Positions 36,630 to 48,399 of a stretch of DNA of 64,000 bases are shown here, piece after piece. The notes beneath the pieces are model-generated. The model was not told the DNA's origin and made no database searches. It saw only the letters and a program-made list of their open reading frames with translations. The stretch is from assembly GCF_009834535.1 (NCBI RefSeq), contig NC_045697.1, positions 108,378,001 to 108,442,000 on the forward strand, written 5' to 3'. Every line of letters begins with the position of its first letter. The stretch's first letter is position 1. The position numbers were made by a program, and so were the translations under genes. This DNA is from Camelus ferus. Taxonomy: Eukaryota.

Positions 36630-37310
36630 GCAGTACATTATGCACCCACATCGCAGCAACGTTATTCATAAGCATGAGAACACATAAGCCACCAAAGTGT
36701 CCATCAGCAGAGGACTGGATAAACAAAGTGTGGCCTATACCTACAGTGGAGTGTAACTCAGCTTCAAAAAAGAAGGGAATTTTAGAGGGGAGGGTATAGC
36801 TCAAGTGGTAGAGCACATGCTTAGCATGCAAGAGGTCTTGGGTTCAATCCCCAGTGCCTCCTCTAAAACTAAATAAACCTAGTTACTTCCCCACCCCCCC
36901 CACCAAAATAAAATAAATAATGCAATAATTAATAAATAAACTATTAAAAAGAAGGAAATTTTGACACGTGTAACAATATGGATGAACCTTGAGAACATTA
37001 TGCTAAGTGAAATAAGCCAGACACAAAAGGGCAAATACTGCCCGATTCCAGTTAAACGAGGTACTTGGAGTGGTCAAAGTCATAGACTGAAAATAAAATG
37101 TTGGTTGCCAGGGGCTGCGGGAAGAGAAGGGTGGGGAGTTATCATCCAATGAGTACCGAGTTTTAGTGTCCCAGGAGGAACAAGTTTGGCTGGTGGATGA
37201 TGATGATGGTTGCATCCTGTGAATGTACGTAAGGTCACTGAATTGCATAGTGCTTAAAAACAGTTACATGGTAAATGCTATATTACATATATTGTACCAC
37301 AATTTAACCA
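36630..37310 (+). mobile_element. Old L1 (L1MB-like) 3' end, interrupted by a SINE
   Basis: aagtgtccatcagcagaggactggataaacaaagtgtgg...atatggatgaaccttgagaacattatgctaagtgaaataagccagacacaaaagggcaaata. Confidence 0.85.
36785..36945 (+). mobile_element. tRNA-Ala-derived camelid SINE nested in L1
   Basis: SINE head and tail. 17-bp TSD aaaaagaagg(g/a)aatttt at 36767-36783 and 36946-36962. Confidence 0.93.
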
Positions 37311-37490
37311 TGCATGTTTTAAAAAAGACCAGAAAATTGTAGGGTTTAAGCAGATGGACAACCTCTCTAAGGTGTCATTAAGAGGTAGCACACATCTGTA
37401 GGGCTCCTCAAAATATTTGTACCCCCACCCATTCCCTTCAGTCTGTGGTGTTGACTGACATTTCTCAGCACCATGACCACTAGTTGAGAT

Positions 37491-38278
37491 CAGGGCCAAT
37501 GTCAAGGGCATGCAAGCAGTGAAGTTGCACAGGGCCCTAAACTTGGGGTTTAAGGCTCTGAGGCTCTGTCTTGATATCCTTAATCATTTTCTCTTTGAAT
37601 TTTGTGCTTGTGAAGTGAAATCTAATGGGACACTGCTGCCCTCAGCACCTCTCTGGGACAGGTCCTCAGCACCCAATCTCTGACCTGTCCAGTGACCACT
37701 GCCCAACGCCCAGCAGGTTGTTGGATCTACTATGCAATGCCTTCGCGGGTGACTCTGCAGGGATAACTTACCCCATGGGTCCAGCGGCTGACGGGCGGAG
37801 GAACGGACAAGACCTAATTGCCCTGAAGTGTTCCCCTGGACCCCCTTGAGGGTCTGACCTTGCTCCCCCGGGGCACACCCTAGGCCTGAGGGACCCTCTT
37901 TTTCTCCTTTCTGAATCTGCCTGTGTTTGTCACCTCTGGCCAACTGAAGCCACCCTCCAGAGATAAGCCAGGAAATACGAATTGTGCAATTTCAGTGACC
38001 CTGCATACAAATTAAAGGCTCTTATATTTGAATCTAAAAGATATATTGTACAATGTGAAGATGAAAGGTAAAATTCATGCTAACAGTTTAAATTTTTCAT
38101 TTTTCTTTTCTTAGTGTGACATTAAATAGCATGTTAAAAACATGACAATCTGAGAGAGAAACCACAGAAGGAAAAAGCTTTATAGTTGAGTCTTTTTTGC
38201 AGCACGTTTTCCTGCCTTTTGGATGGGGGTCTGAACTTTTATTTTGCACTGGGCCCTGCAAACTATGTAGCCGACCTG
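37491..38278 (+). mobile_element. MER45-family (hAT-Tip100) non-autonomous DNA transposon
   Basis: Starts cagggcc...gcacagggccc and ends ttttattttgcactgggccctgcaaactatgtagccgacctg, as in MER45. Confidence 0.8.
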
Positions 38279-38338
38279 GTTTGGAACTTATCATTATCTC
38301 TAGAAGACCCATTAGGATGCCAATGTGTTATCTCAAGG

Positions 38339-38542
38339 CAAGGATCTGCAGACTTTTTTTCTGTAAAGGGCTAGAAATAGAATTTTAATATTTTAGGCTC
38401 TGCCAGTTATACAGTCTTCATCACAATGACTCAGCTCTCCCACTGTAGAATGAAGGCAGTGTGCCAACATAATAAAGGTATATTTCAACAAAATGTTATT
38501 TACAAATAAATGGGGCCATGGGCTGTAGTGTGCCAATTCCTG
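38339..38542 (-). mobile_element. MER58A-like hAT-Charlie MITE
   Basis: ttttctgtaaagggctag...aatattttaggct...gggctgtagtgtgccaattcctg. 8-bp TSD tct(c/t)aagg at 38331-38338 and 38543-38550. Confidence 0.85.
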
Positions 38543-38719
38543 TCTTAAGGGGCCCATCCATGGCTCCCCTCAATCCCATTTACCAAGTCAGTGAGGTGCC
38601 TTCTTAGAAAACAGGCTTGGGACCCTGACAAGAGAGTTACAGAGAGGCACTCACTCAATAGTTTTGTCTTTGCAGGAATAACCTGGAAAACCCTGAAAGC
38701 AAAGAGCCTGTCATAGAGG

Positions 38720-41200
38720 TTCCATAATACAGTGTAGTATTGGCTCATGAACAGACAGAAAGACCAGTGGTACAGAAATAGGTCCAATCACATATGGAAA
38801 TTTAATTTACAATGAAGATACCATCGCATATGAAGGGGGAAAAGATGGATTTTTTAAGAAATAATGTTGGGTAATTGAAAAGGCATGCTTCAAAAAGATA
38901 AAACTGGATCTTTTCTTTATCGAGACACAAGAAGACAAATTTCAAACAGATCAGAAAGTTAAATGTAAGTAAAAGTGAAACCATACACATATTAGAATAA
39001 AATATGGATGAATTCTCTTATCACACGACAGTAGGGAAGCTTTCCTAACTATGACTCAGAACTCAGGTATAGTAAGGAAAAGACTAATAAATCTGACTCC
39101 TTAACAATTTAATTTTATTTGTTTTTGTACAGCAAAAAGCGCCATAAGAAAAATAAAGAAGAAAGGAAATAAATGACAAGCTGAAAAAAATATTTGCAAT
39201 GAAGTCACAGATAAAAATATGAGATGGAATAGTAAAAATCCTGTAGTCCTGAATTTTAATTAGAAATATCAGTATGAACTGAAAATATATTTTATCTTTA
39301 AAAAAAACATATTAACATATTTATCCTGAAAAGGCCCAGAAATGAAAATCAATCCTGTACCAGTGAACATCTCTAGTGCCCAGATTGTGGTCTTTAAATG
39401 CATTTCTATTAAAAAGAACCAGGAGAAAAAGCCGATTTCTCCTGGAGAAAAGGCTGACTCTAGGTCTAGGGTAGGAACTGTGTGAGATGTTCCTGGAGCA
39501 TCTTGTTAAAAACAGGGAGCAAGGAAGACATCAAAGACCACTGGAGCCAGGTCAAAACACTCAGGAGCCAACTTGAAGAAGTTCCCAGTATCCAAAGGCA
39601 GAACGTTAGCATCATCAATAAAAATAGTACTGCAGTGGATTGAAACACCTCGAATACATTTAAATCCACGGGTTCAGAATAACCCTTAATGAAGAAACTC
39701 CTTGGTCACATCTAACAGACGCTAGGGAACAAGCAGATTTTAAATCAAACACTTATCTTGCCTTTCCTGTGACCTATAGCTTAGGGTCACCAACTAGATG
39801 ATGAGAAGTTAGAAGCAGTCTTGTTAATAAATGAAGAAAGAATGATCAAATTAGGACATCACCACTTTGCAGCTCCTCATGGTCAAATGGATCTAGGCAG
39901 TGATCATCAGCTGACATCACCAAAAGGGAGACCAAAAGACATTATGTGGAGCTTGATGGAGGTACCCAACATTGCCTTTACAGCACTGCCAAAAAGTTGA
40001 ACCTGAATCTGAGTGTGACTTCAGTCTCGAGCTAGACACCAATTTAAGGACAAGAGAGGGGACAGAGGAGCATTTTAAATTACAACATAAAAATGTGGTC
40101 AGCAAAATCTAGACTATGGAAAACTACAGGACAATGACCCTTTCTCTTCAATAAGTAAATTGCAGGAAAAGAGAGAGAAAGGGAATGAAAAATAGAGAGG
40201 AGGGAAAAATGAGGCAGGAGAGGAGGGAGTGGGGAGAAACTTATAAATTAAAAGAGACTTAAAAGATATATCAACCATTATAAGGTGTTAAATTTACTTG
40301 GAATATGATTCAAATAAGAAAACTACAGATGACTGAATAAAGAAGTTGTAGTATATTTATATAATGGAATAGTACTCAGTCATAAAAAAGAATAAAATAA
40401 TGCCATATGCAGCAACATGGATGGACCTGGAGATGGTCATTCTCAGTGAAGTAAGCCAGAAAGAGAAACAAAAATATCATATGATATCACTTATATGTGG
40501 AATCTAAAAAAAGAAAGAAAGAAAGAAAAAAGAGGACACTAATAAACTCATCTACAAAACAGAAACAGACTTGTAGACATAGTAAACAATCTTATGGTTA
40601 CCAGCGGAGGAAAGGGGATGGGAAGGGTTAAATCTGGGAGTTTGAGATTTGTAAATGATAACCACTATATATAAAAATAGATAAAAACCAAATTTCTTCT
40701 GTATAGTAAGGGAACTATATTCAATGTCTTGTAATAACCTTTAATGAAAAAGAATATGAAAATTGATATATGTAAATATACATATATGACTGGGACATTA
40801 TGCTGTACACCAGAAACTGACACATTGTAACTGACTATACTTCAGTTAAAAAAAGACATTGAGAAGACAATTAGGGAAATTTGAACACTGACTGGACACT
40901 TGATAATATTACATAACAATCATTATTTGAACTTCATTGTGATGATGGTATTTTGGTTACATTAAAGCTTTTCCCCTTAGAAACATGCACAGCAATACCT
41001 GTGAAAGAAAAGAGATAATATTTTAGGTTTGCTTCCAAATCAGCATGAGAGAAGAGGAGACAGGGGCCGTATGTGAATCTAGAGATGAAACAAGATTGGT
41101 CCTGAGTTGATTGCCCCTTAATCTATGTTATGGATATATGGGAGTTCATTGTTTTATTCTCTCTGCTTTTTTATGTTTGGAATTTTCCATAATGAAATAT
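38720..41200 (+). mobile_element. Fragmented old L1 (ORF2 remnant, then L1MC-like 3' UTR)
   Basis: acagtgtagtattggc...aaagaccagtggtacagaaatag is decayed ORF2. cagcaaaatctagactatggaaaactacaggaca and gggaaatttgaacactgactgg are L1MC-type UTR. Confidence 0.7.
40325..40854 (+). mobile_element. Young camelid-type L1 3' end nested in an older L1
   Basis: acagatgactgaataaagaagttg...gcagcaacatggatggacctggag...ttatgctgtacaccagaaactgacac...poly(A). Confidence 0.92.
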
Positions 41201-42699
41201 GTATATGTTTTTTAAAGTTGTGTTTTCTTGAGTGAGGAACAGCTTTGAGGAGTTCTGGTTAGTTCGGGTGCAGCAGAGGCATCTCACAAAGCACTTAATG
41301 AGCATTTACAATATACATGGCATAGGGAGAGCACCTGGGACACTGCAGGAGTTCAGGTGAAAGGCAATGTCCTATTATGGTGGTGACAGTGGAAACAGGG
41401 AAAACAAAGGGACAGAAAGTCGTTTCTTTATTAGGAAGAGTGTCAGCCACTGTGAAATCTATGCAGACTCCAACAAAGGAACATTCATATGTGTTTTATT
41501 TAATGTCTGTGGAAGGACCCCATGAACAAGGCAATTGTCTAAAGAGATAATAGATTTCTCTCTTTGAATGGACGTTTAAGGCCTTTGAATTTCATTAGAA
41601 TTAAATACCTTGAGAATTTACATCTTTTTAATTCGTTTATGTTCAAAAACCAAACGTTCTACTTACAAGGTCTGCACTGTTGTCTGAAAAACAAATGGAT
41701 AACAAGATCCCCTGCAGAAATAATTAACAGTGCTCCCTATTGTTGCTGCTGTTTATCACTCCTGACCTTTATTTTACCTATTTCTTCCAACCTCTGCTCT
41801 CTCACAGTAGCCCACACTGGGCTTGAGGTCATCGCTGAGGGAGTCTGTCCTCAAGGTGCCTCAAGGAACAGGGGGTCTGTTGAAGTATGGAGAGACTGTG
41901 TCTGGAACTAGAAAACCATCAGGAACCCGGGCAGAATCAACCAGGCTCTCTGTCCTTCTCCCATACTGCCCCTGCTCTCTCTGTGCAGAGAGTCCCTTCT
42001 CCTGCACCTTTGGTTTCCTCTTCTTTCTTTTAGTTTCTCTGCAGTCTTAACTTCGTCTCACAGAAGGCCCATTAGAGCCTCTTACAGCCATGCCTTTACA
42101 GTTTCCCCACTGTTTTTTAGTTTCAATTACTGAGTGAGGAAATATGACTGGGCAGGCCGAGCTTGCATGGGTTGTTGGGCAGCCCAAGGTCAGCTGTGGC
42201 CTGGGCAGGAGCGGGGCTGAGTGGCACGGCACACATCATGGCTGCCTGGGACCGGCCCTTGAGCGGGGCCTGTGGGTAGGGCAGGGTTCCTTGAAGAAGC
42301 CTTGGGAAGACTAGGACTGAAGAGCTTTCTCATACATCCTGCCAACCCTGGGTCTGCAGCTGCTAATTTTGATAGGAGTCTCAAAACTAATGTGGGCCTC
42401 CATTTAACCAGCTCCAAACTCTCACTCATCTTAAGAGGAAGAGGATTCATTTAGGGTTTGACAGGCTACTCAGTGCAACCCATTAAGAAATGACTTTGGG
42501 TCCCAAGAACAAAACCGTGATCAATGCCTGCTACTCTCTCAGCTCCTTAGAAGATACAGATGGAACAAACTACCGTCTTGGCCACTTGGGAAAAATACAT
42601 GGGTCATGGATTGGGGGGGTCAGTTTCACCCCTTCTGATATTTATCAATTTTTAAGGGCACCAAAAATTATTTGACTAACTACAGTTTGTTGTCCACGT

Positions 42700-42915
42700 G
42701 TTGTGCTCCAGGCCGGGTGCCCTCAGCTTGTCTACGTGCCATCTAATAATTCTAAGTCGTCTAATTTTCCCACCAGCAATAGGCATTGTATCTATTTGAC
42801 AGATGAGGAGAAAGGGGCTGAGAGAGGCTGAGTAGTTTGTTGAAGGTCACAAACTGCTATGTGGCACATCTGGAATCTGAATCCAGAATTGACTCTTTAG
42901 TCAGTATGTTATGTT
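42700..42915 (-). mobile_element. MIR SINE
   Basis: atttgacagatgaggagaaaggggctgagagaggctgagtagtttgttgaaggtcaca. Confidence 0.7.
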
Positions 42916-44239
42916 GTCTTCTGTGCTGAGACTCATTGGCTTCATTGCTGCCTTGTGACCCCCTGGTCATGTCACTTAATTCATTGTGTCTCATCCTTTC
43001 TTCAATGAAGAGGAACCAAATTTTGATCAGTGAATGTTTTTCCCACCTGGTCTGGACATCAGTAGGTGCCCAAGATAGAGGGTCAGAGAATGACCTAGTT
43101 CATCCGGGGACAAATATCCCTGCCTGGGCAAACTCATTCAGTGGCAACAACATCTTCTGTCAGGGGTGGGTCTTGGCCTGCAGAGCACGCAGATTCATTT
43201 CAAAATGAACTCATTTATGATCGCATTAAGGAAAACTCCATCATAATGAGTTTCCGTGGCCTTGTTTATGAAAAGGGAACTTTTAGACTCTGCAATTACC
43301 CGAAGCAGTAAAGCAGTAAAGAAAGACAGCATGTTAAATAATAATTGCAAATGTTACATAAATGAGTGTGGTTTGATTGAATTTATTAGCTATGTGTTGC
43401 TGGCATTTTAAGATATAAAGCATTTATCACAAAACGATGATTTCTTCACTTAAGCTCATTAGGAAATCACACATTGATTCACACGTAATTACAGAGGAAT
43501 TTCTGCTGCTCCCCACAAATCATTACCACAGTAGCTAAAGTTGATTTTTACATGATTTGGAAAAGGGGGTTCTCAACAGGAACCTTTGGAGAGAGGAGTC
43601 CACCTCACCAAGGGCTCCATCCCCTTGAATCAGAGGAAAGAGGGGCCAAAGGACTCAGAGCAGTCCCTGAGGCAAGACCTGAGTCTTCTCTCTTCCCATC
43701 AGAATCTCACCATGTGGATCGTCCTGCTTTAGGTAGTGAAAACTTAAGTGTCTAGAGATAACTATTTGAACCAAACAAATGGTCATTCTTTGAAAGTAAA
43801 TTGGAAGGAAGAAAGAATTATAAGAAAAACAAAAAAAATAGGACAGTATGTTTAAGAAGTTTGTCCAATTTGAGCATTCATTTACAGTCAATGAGCAAAA
43901 CCCAAGGCTACCAAGGGTCTATCCATCAACCAAGAGGAAGAGGGGTCTTTCTATACTGATAGAGATGCCAGGTAAAGGGCCTTTTTTGCTTCAGATTTTC
44001 TTCGTATGTATCTTGTGAAATATATACTCTCTGGATATTCAAAGTATACTTCCTTCCAAGCCTGACTCTCATCCTTCTTTCTTGGCCGTATGTAAGATAA
44101 AGTCAACATACAAGAAAGCACCAGGAGAGACAGAGTGGGAAAGGGAGTGGAGGAGGTGATATATAAGAGCAATAACTGGTCACTAGAAGTAAAAGAAGGG
44201 GGTGCTTTAGATGACACGAATCATTGATTCATTTTCTCA

Positions 44240-44880
44240 GTAGATAAAGGACTTTTACAAATCATCAAGAAAATAACCAACAGTTTAGCAGGGGAAAAAA
44301 AATGGGCAGATTATGCAAAGGGAGCCCACAGATAAAGAAATACAAATGGGTTTCCAACCCAGCAAAGATTCCCATTCTCATTTCAAATTAAATAATTATA
44401 ATTAAAACAAGAGTGAGATACAACTGTTAACCTATCAGGTTGACAGAGATCAAAAAGTTTGGTAATACAGTGTGCTGGTAAAGATACCAAGAAACACTCA
44501 TGTAATTGGTGAAGCTTAATATGCAACAACTTCTTTGGAGAGCAAAACTCGTCAGTGTGTATCAGATATTAAAATGCACAAGCTCTTTGACCCGGCGATT
44601 CCTACAAATTCATCTCACAAATACACTTAAACATGTTGACAGTCTGTACCGAGATATTCATCATGGCATTATGATAGCAAAATACGGGAAATGCTGAATG
44701 GTCCAAAGATTATGAATTAGTTAAAGAATGCCATGTAACAGTTAAGGAAGAATAAAATAGATTTATTTCTATGTATTGATACATAAACTTTTATATATTA
44801 GTACAAATCCAAGAACTATCACAAAGTTTTAAAAAGGGAAAAAAACTATGTAATATGCTAACATTTATATCAAAACAAAA
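44240..44880 (+). mobile_element. Old L1ME-like ORF2/3' fragment
   Basis: caaatcatcaagaaaa...aaatgggcaga...aattaaaacaagagtgagataca...tttggagagcaa...ctttgacccggcgattcc. Confidence 0.7.
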
Positions 44881-45085
44881 GGATATATATGTATATGAAT
44901 AAAGGAAATATTTATGTAAAGAATATATGAAAAAAGAGCACTTTTCCTATTGAGAATGAGTAGTAGATTTTAATATCATTGTCCATGCTAAACCAGCATT
45001 AAGAATTATAAAATTTATTAAATACATCTCCAGAGGCTTTTTCCCCTCTCTGTGGGAAAAGCAATCTTTGAAATGTAAACTCTAT

Positions 45086-45105
45086 GTGTGTGTGTGTGTG
45101 TGTGT
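45086..45105. repeat. (TG)n microsatellite
   Basis: About 10 TG units. Confidence 0.9.
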
Positions 45106-46719
45106 ACCTACAAACACTTATATGCCTGGAAATAGACTATTTCTAGAAAGACATTAAGGAGAATGTGGTCACCTCTGGGAAAGGAGGAGTCTGGAAGACT
45201 CATCTTGAATATTTTTTACAGTAAATTCATTCATATAATTTTTTTTACCAGGTTCCTATATTACATTTTTAATTAAAAAACAGACTTATGGGGGGAGCTC
45301 CTTGTGCTATAAATAGAAATGGCATCTATGAGAATGATTTAAACCAAGGAAAATCACAAGTTGGGTTCTTGGGAGCCGAGGGTCCTCATCTTGAGAAAAC
45401 GGACAAGGTCAGGTGGAGGGGGCAGCCCTGAGGCTGGCTGCTTCTGGCCGTCGCCAGACACATTTCAATTTCTTGGCTTCCAAAAAGGAGCAAGTGGTGG
45501 AGGAGGACTGAACTCTCAGCCCCTCCCCTGACCTCTCCGGAGATGATTCAAGGGTGAAGGAACTATTATACGGAGGGCTTCCTGATGCCTTTTCTACACT
45601 ATGTCTTCCCAGAAACGATGTAGGAGATAAATGACAGACAATGGTATTAAAATTCCCCTTCCGAGAGCAAACCACCCTTAGGAGGGATGTTGCTTTGGAA
45701 AGTCAATGAACTTCTTCAGGGAATTAATGCAAGTCAAAAATCTTCAAAGAAAATGGCTTAATTGAAACCTCAAGACCTTGACCTATGGAAGGGTTCAGGA
45801 AGCAGGAATTTCTCTTCAACCTGCCTTAGGCCTCATACAGCATTTGTTGCCCCTGTTCCCACCTCTCCATCAGCAGAGCAGAAGCAGGGGCTGAAAGGGC
45901 AGGGCTCATTTGTCCCCAGTCCCTCCGGGAAGTCACCGGTAAAACACTTCAGTGCTCTGGAGGTACGCTTTGAATCAGATCACCCCTATTCCCACACCTT
46001 GCCTAATTCCCAGGTTCCAGGACTGAGTCTCTCTCAGACTTCCTGGAAGTGCTCAAAGTTTGCAATGACCTTACCCTCATACCAGTGGGACCGGATGCCA
46101 GCTGTAATATGCCATCTCAGAGCTGCAGGAGGCCAGTTAAGAAACCAGAACCAGAGATTTTAAAAAAAAAAACTCTCTCGGTGCTGAGACCCAGGAAGTT
46201 CAAGGCATTTTCTTCTGTAAGTGAGTTTTGCATAATGAGCTCAGCATGCGGCTAGCAAGGGATCTCAGGTGCTCAAATCCAAAATTTGCTAGCCTATTAA
46301 ATAACCAATAAAAACAAGCAAAAAGAGAGTAGGGGGAGAGAGACCCCAAAGTCGTCTTGAAGGATTAGTTGAAGAAATCATTCTCTGCTTTTTTAAATGC
46401 TCAAATTGCCAGAGAGTGAGAGTAGGAAAGAGATTCTCTTGTTAAGAATCAAAGTGGGGCAGAAATTCACCTCCCTTTTCAGGTGTTGAAGGAGAAAAGT
46501 GATGAAGAGAAAAAAAGATAGTTTTTTCCTTTTTTGAGAAAGAATAGTTTTAACCTTCAAGAAACTGCAGAGGTTATTGGAGTTTCTATAAGGAAACTCT
46601 TCAGAAAGACAGGGACATGAATCCTGGGTTGTTTTATCTCCACTTTAAAGCACTTGAACATTCAAATTCCCTAAAGAAAAGAGGGCAGATGATCCAGTCT
46701 AATGGATTTGTTAATATCC

Positions 46720-47120
46720 CCGCGCCAGCCCAGGAGTTTCCTCGGTTCTCCTCTTGGTGACACCAGCAGTGCTTTTCCTGAGTTTGAGTCAGTTTCCCCG
46801 GTCGTGAGGCTGAGGTCACTGGAGAGCGGGGGGTAGGAGCCACTCTGGGTGTGCTTTTTATTTTTAATGTACTAGTGAGAAGTCGGCAGGACCCGGTTAC
46901 AGGAAGTCATGGGCTGAAACAGGACTGCTTGATGTTGGAAGTTTGACGAACGTCTAGAGAATGTTCTGTTAACGGTCTGAAGGCTGCGGGTGGCACGCCG
47001 GGAAGAAGCAATCCAACAAAGTGCATTTCAGATCACCCGGTGCGGGTTGCCCAGTGCAGGAGCAGGCGCCTCCAGGTCAGTGAAGAAATGAGAGTGGATG
47101 GGAAATAGCTGGCTCGCCTT
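46720..47120. promoter_or_regulatory. CpG-enriched unique block, candidate enhancer or weak promoter
   Basis: 18 CpGs counted in about 400 bp, well above the surrounding sequence. ETS motif ACAGGAAGT at 46899-46907 and AP-1 TGAGTCA at 46785-46791. Confidence 0.45.
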
Positions 47121-47508
47121 CCCCAGTCATCTGTATGAAGGATTATGGGGCAGAAGTCTTCTGATAGGAATTTATGTTCTCTGGGAAAGGACTGAGGCCT
47201 TTCCTTTTCCAGCAACACACATCAGGGCCTAACATTTATTTGACACTCTCTCATCCAGTATTCACAAGCCCACACCCTGAGCTGAGCCAGGGACTTGGAA
47301 TAATGAATAACGTGGAGACCACGATGGGTGAGACCCCTTCCCTTGGAAAGCTTTCAGGTTCCTGGGTGGTACCCACGGGGAAGAAGCAACCACGCAGTGT
47401 GTGGTGAGGACCACAGTGAGGGGGAGCACGGATGCCTGAGACCCACAGGAAGGGCCTTTGGGGTCAGAAAAGGTGTCTTGGGAGAAGAGGCAATCGGCTC
47501 GAGCAACA

Positions 47509-48399
47509 TATGACGTAACAGAAAACATATATTGGTCTCTGCCCTTAGTTTCTGGCACAGAATTCTTAAAATTCTTCTGATTTCGTAAGTGATGGGGTCA
47601 CCAAGAAGGAGCGTCTTTTGTTTTAATATTTAACCAGTAATATTCTGGTTCCTGACTCCCTTGGAATTTCCTGGGTGATGGTGTCTTTTGTTCTAATGAG
47701 GTGACCCTGGATGGTTCCTGGATGGGGCTGGTCACCAGAAGGATCAAGCCATGAATAGAAGCATGGAGCTTTCAGCCCCATCCCACCCACAAAGGGAAGA
47801 GGTCTGGAAACTGAGTTAATGACCCATCAAGCCTATGTGATGAAGACCCCAGGAAAAGCCCCAAAGCACAACGTCCTGAGAGTTTCCAGGTTGGTGAACA
47901 CATTGACACATGTGGGGGGGTGACACACCCCAGCTCCGCAGGGACAGAAGCCCCTGCACTCGGGACCCTTTCGGGGTCCTTTGTATCTCTTCATCTGGCT
48001 GTTTATCTGTATTCTTTATCACATCCTTTATTACATAAGAAACTGGGAAATGTGTTTCCCTGAGTTCTGTGAGCTGTTCTGGCAAATAGCTGAATCTAAG
48101 GGGAGGGTCATGGGAACCTCCAATTTGTAGCCAAGTCAGAGAGAAGTCGTGGGTACCTAGGAACCTATTACTTGCAACTGGCATCTGGGGGTGGGGGCTG
48201 AGCCCTAAACCTGTGGGGTCTTCGCTAATTCCAGTTAGTGCCAGAGTTGGGTTGAATCATAGGATGCCAAGCTGGTGTTGTAAGAATTGCTCGATGTGGG
48301 AGAAAACCTACATTTCTGGTGTCAGAACTGCTGTGAGTGTGGTAGCGGGGGTAGAATAAAGGAGACACACGGGAAAACTGTTGTTTTTTTCATTACACA
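47509..48399 (+). mobile_element. MER21-family solo LTR
   Basis: aaacatatattggtctctgccc..agtttctggcacaga...cccttggaatttcctgggtgat...tgtttccctgagttctgtgagc...gggtcatgggaacc...acttgcaactggcatctg, all typical of MER21. Confidence 0.85.

Noticed and set aside
763..40854. Dispersed near-identical segments suggesting a CRISPR-like or programmed repeat system
   Set aside because: They are irregularly spaced L1 3' ends and SINEs with poly(A) and TSDs. There is no repeat-spacer periodicity and no cas genes, and the DNA is eukaryotic.
46785..46797. NFAT:AP-1 or AP-1-IRF composite element (TGAGTCAGTTTCC)
   Set aside because: The spacing between the half-sites does not match the canonical composites, so I kept it only as an AP-1 site.
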